From Vulcanimicrobiales bacterium (GTDB lineage Bacteria; Vulcanimicrobiota; Vulcanimicrobiia; Vulcanimicrobiales; Vulcanimicrobiaceae): DNA of 17,958 nt. The position numbers and the translations under genes were made by a program. Below, piece after piece: positions 16,208 to 17,958 of this stretch. The notes beneath the pieces are model-generated. The model was given only the letters and a program-made list of their open reading frames with translations, made no database searches and had not been told where the DNA came from. The stretch spans positions 1 through 17,958 of the forward strand of contig JBBRLI010000037.1 of the NCBI GenBank assembly GCA_038231455.1, read 5' to 3'. Each line of letters opens with the position of its first letter. Position 1 is the first letter of the stretch.

Positions 16208-16259
16208 CACCGCACGCACTTCGCGATGGAACGCACGCGATCTAGCCAACTAGGGCCGA

Positions 16260-16967
16260 ATGTATACGAAGACGGCGGCGTTTTACGATGCGATCTACGC
16301 GGCGCGCGGCAAAGATTACGCCGGTGAAGCCGCTTGGCTCGGAGCAGCGATCGCCGGCGAGCGCAGTGAGGGCAGGCTCAAACTGCTCGATGTGGCCTGC
16401 GGAACGGGGATGCACCTGAGCATGCTCGACGCGCATTTCACCGTTTCGGGGCTCGACGCCGACCCGGCGATGATCGCTATAGCCCGCAGCCGCCTGCCGG
16501 GAATTCCACTCCAGGTCGCGCGGATGCAAGATTTTCTCATTGGCGATCCGGTCGACGTGGTCGTGTGCCTCGGCAGTTCGATCGGGTATGTCCGCGAACT
16601 CGCCGCTCTTCAAGCGACGCTTGCCCACTTTGCCCGCGCCCTCGGTCCGGGCGGAATCGCCATCGTCGAGCCGTGGATCTCGCCGGAGGACTGGCGTGAA
16701 GAAACGATTGGAGCGGTCTTCGTCGATCGTCCGCAACTCAAGATCGCGCGCGTCGATACGAGCGAACGTTACGAACGCATCTCCGTACTGCGTTTCGAAT
16801 ATCTCGTCGGCGAACCCAGCGGCATCTCGCGCTTCAACGAGACGCACACGCTCGGGCTCTTTCGCGAAGAAGAATATCGTGCCGCGTTCGAGGCAGCGGG
16901 CTTTCGGGTGCGACTCGAACGAACCGATATTTTTCCGCGCGGGCTCTACGTCGCGCGCAAAGCTTAG
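16260..16967 (+). CDS. Class I SAM-dependent methyltransferase, TylM1/DesVI-like
   Basis: YDAIY..RGKDY..EA, LLDVACGTGMHL, CLGSSIGY, VEPW..PE and RGLYV match the aminosugar N,N-dimethyltransferase family pattern. Confidence 0.9.
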   Translation: MYTKTAAFYDAIYAARGKDYAGEAAWLGAAIAGERSEGRLKLLDVACGTGMHLSMLDAHFTVSGLDADPAMIAIARSRLPGIPLQVARMQDFLIGDPVDVVVCLGSSIGYVRELAALQATLAHFARALGPGGIAIVEPWISPEDWREETIGAVFVDRPQLKIARVDTSERYERISVLRFEYLVGEPSGISRFNETHTLGLFREEEYRAAFEAAGFRVRLERTDIFPRGLYVARKA

Positions 16968-17359
16968 ATCGGGAAGAGTCCGATCGACCGTATCTCGATT
17001 AAATCGATCGCGATCCCAGTATTGGTGATCCGACCGTCTTCGAGGACGAGATCGCAAAAGACGATCGCGTGGTGCGTTTCGATCGAGCCGGCCGAATCGT
17101 AGCGAATACTGTTCTCGGAGATGATTTCGCGGCCGAACCGCACGTTCGCGACGCGCAGAACGTCGCGCTGATACGTTGCGATATAGTAGTCTCGCTTATT
17201 GTCGTAGGCGTCGACGAATTCACCGAGCGTACGAAAACTGCACTCGAGCCCCGCACTATTCGGCGGACGCAAAAGATAGCCGCGAATGCCGTCCAGGTCA
17301 GGGAACGGCGGGAGCTGGATGCGCGGAGAGCGTCGCCCTTCCGCTTGTTGCTGTTCCAT
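16964..17359 (-). CDS. Hypothetical protein
   Basis: 131-aa ORF starting 22 bp after the upstream stop, with host-like codons and a 4-bp convergent stop overlap with the methyltransferase. Confidence 0.7.
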   Translation of the reverse strand: MEQQQAEGRRSPRIQLPPFPDLDGIRGYLLRPPNSAGLECSFRTLGEFVDAYDNKRDYYIATYQRDVLRVANVRFGREIISENSIRYDSAGSIETHHAIVFCDLVLEDGRITNTGIAIDLIEIRSIGLFPI

Positions 17360-17381
17360 CGTGTCCGAAGCATACCCGCAA

Positions 17382-17958
17382 TTAGGCGCGGCGTCGTGCG
17401 GTCAGGATCACAACGGGCGTTGTGTGATCCAGGCCCGCTAGTTCCTCACGTACGAGCGCAAGTGCACCGTCGCGCTCTGCTGTCCCGCCGACGTCGGCAA
17501 TACGCGTGTTGTAGATCACGTAAGTCTCCGGTAACGCGCGTCCGACATCGCCGTACACGGTATCATCGTCGATCGCGCCGGAGAGATCGCGTTCGATGTG
17601 CGCCACCGTCGTTTCGCGAACAGAGCCATTACGTGTGATCGCGCGCACGACGCCACGTTCGTCGACAATCGCCGAGCGTGCGCTGCCGCCGGTCGTTCCC
17701 ACTACGACGAAGTCGCCGGCGCGCGCGCGGATCGCGACGCGTTCGGGCGACACGCGCAGGGTCCGCACGGCTGCATCGATTCGCTCGGCATCGGATGCTC
17801 TCACGGTACTCGCTGCACCCTCCACGAGAGCGGTCGCGCCGCTCGCCGTGGCGCGGACGCGATTACGCGCGCGATCGACATCGACGACGACCTCGATCCG
17901 ATCGGGTGCGGCACCGGCGGAAATCGCCGCTTCGATCGCCTCGCGGCGAATGCGCACC
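17382..17958 (-). CDS. C-terminal part of a hydantoinase/oxoprolinase-family protein (5' end outside the window)
   Basis: IRREAIEAAISAGAAPDRIEVVVDVD...RVRATASGATAL, IVDERGVVR and YGDVGRALP resemble the C-terminus of long hydantoinase/oxoprolinase-family proteins; the catalytic domains are not visible. Confidence 0.65.
   Translation of the reverse strand, partial: VRIRREAIEAAISAGAAPDRIEVVVDVDRARNRVRATASGATALVEGAASTVRASDAERIDAAVRTLRVSPERVAIRARAGDFVVVGTTGGSARSAIVDERGVVRAITRNGSVRETTVAHIERDLSGAIDDDTVYGDVGRALPETYVIYNTRIADVGGTAERDGALALVREELAGLDHTTPVVILTARRRA

Noticed and set aside
16211-16238. CGCACGC direct repeat at 21-bp spacing in the divergent spacer
   Set aside because: Only 7 bp and GC-rich, so plausible by chance; no regulator nearby.
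16242-17057. 271-aa minus-strand ORF that would make the minus-strand operon continuous
   Set aside because: It is antisense to the clearly recognisable methyltransferase and lacks motifs.
1-17958. CRISPR arrays, tRNA/rRNA genes and intrinsic terminators
   Set aside because: No regularly spaced repeats, cloverleaf/T-loop motifs or convincing hairpin-plus-U-tract were found by eye in the intergenic regions.

Overview
GC-rich bacterial chromosomal window; gene content and protein style suggest Vulcanimicrobiota/Eremiobacterota, but this is unverified inference. From left to right: (1) an apparently complete IS3-family element (1-1467, minus strand) nested in the transposase of a second, older IS3 element (remnant 1468-1690). 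(2) An AT-richer four-gene minus-strand cassette (1756-3559): glycine-zipper protein, an unannotated 56-aa two-TM protein, a DUF6941-like protein and a secreted beta-rich protein; it resembles a toxin-immunity module. (3) An S9 peptidase and a CusF-SCO fusion copper chaperone. (4) A membrane protein, a frameshifted Ig-like lipoprotein and a second AT-richer mini-cassette with its own promoter, a frameshifted membrane gene and a probable ATT start. (5) An A2-type caa3 cytochrome c oxidase operon (ctaC-ctaD-ctaE) followed by two small membrane proteins, one missed by the ORF track. (6) A tightly coupled FAD oxidoreductase / HExxH protein / BadF-type kinase / NanE-like epimerase unit, near a TylM1/DesVI-like methyltransferase and a hydantoinase-like gene cut by the window end. 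No rRNA, tRNA or CRISPR array was seen. Family assignments come from motif recognition, not database searches.
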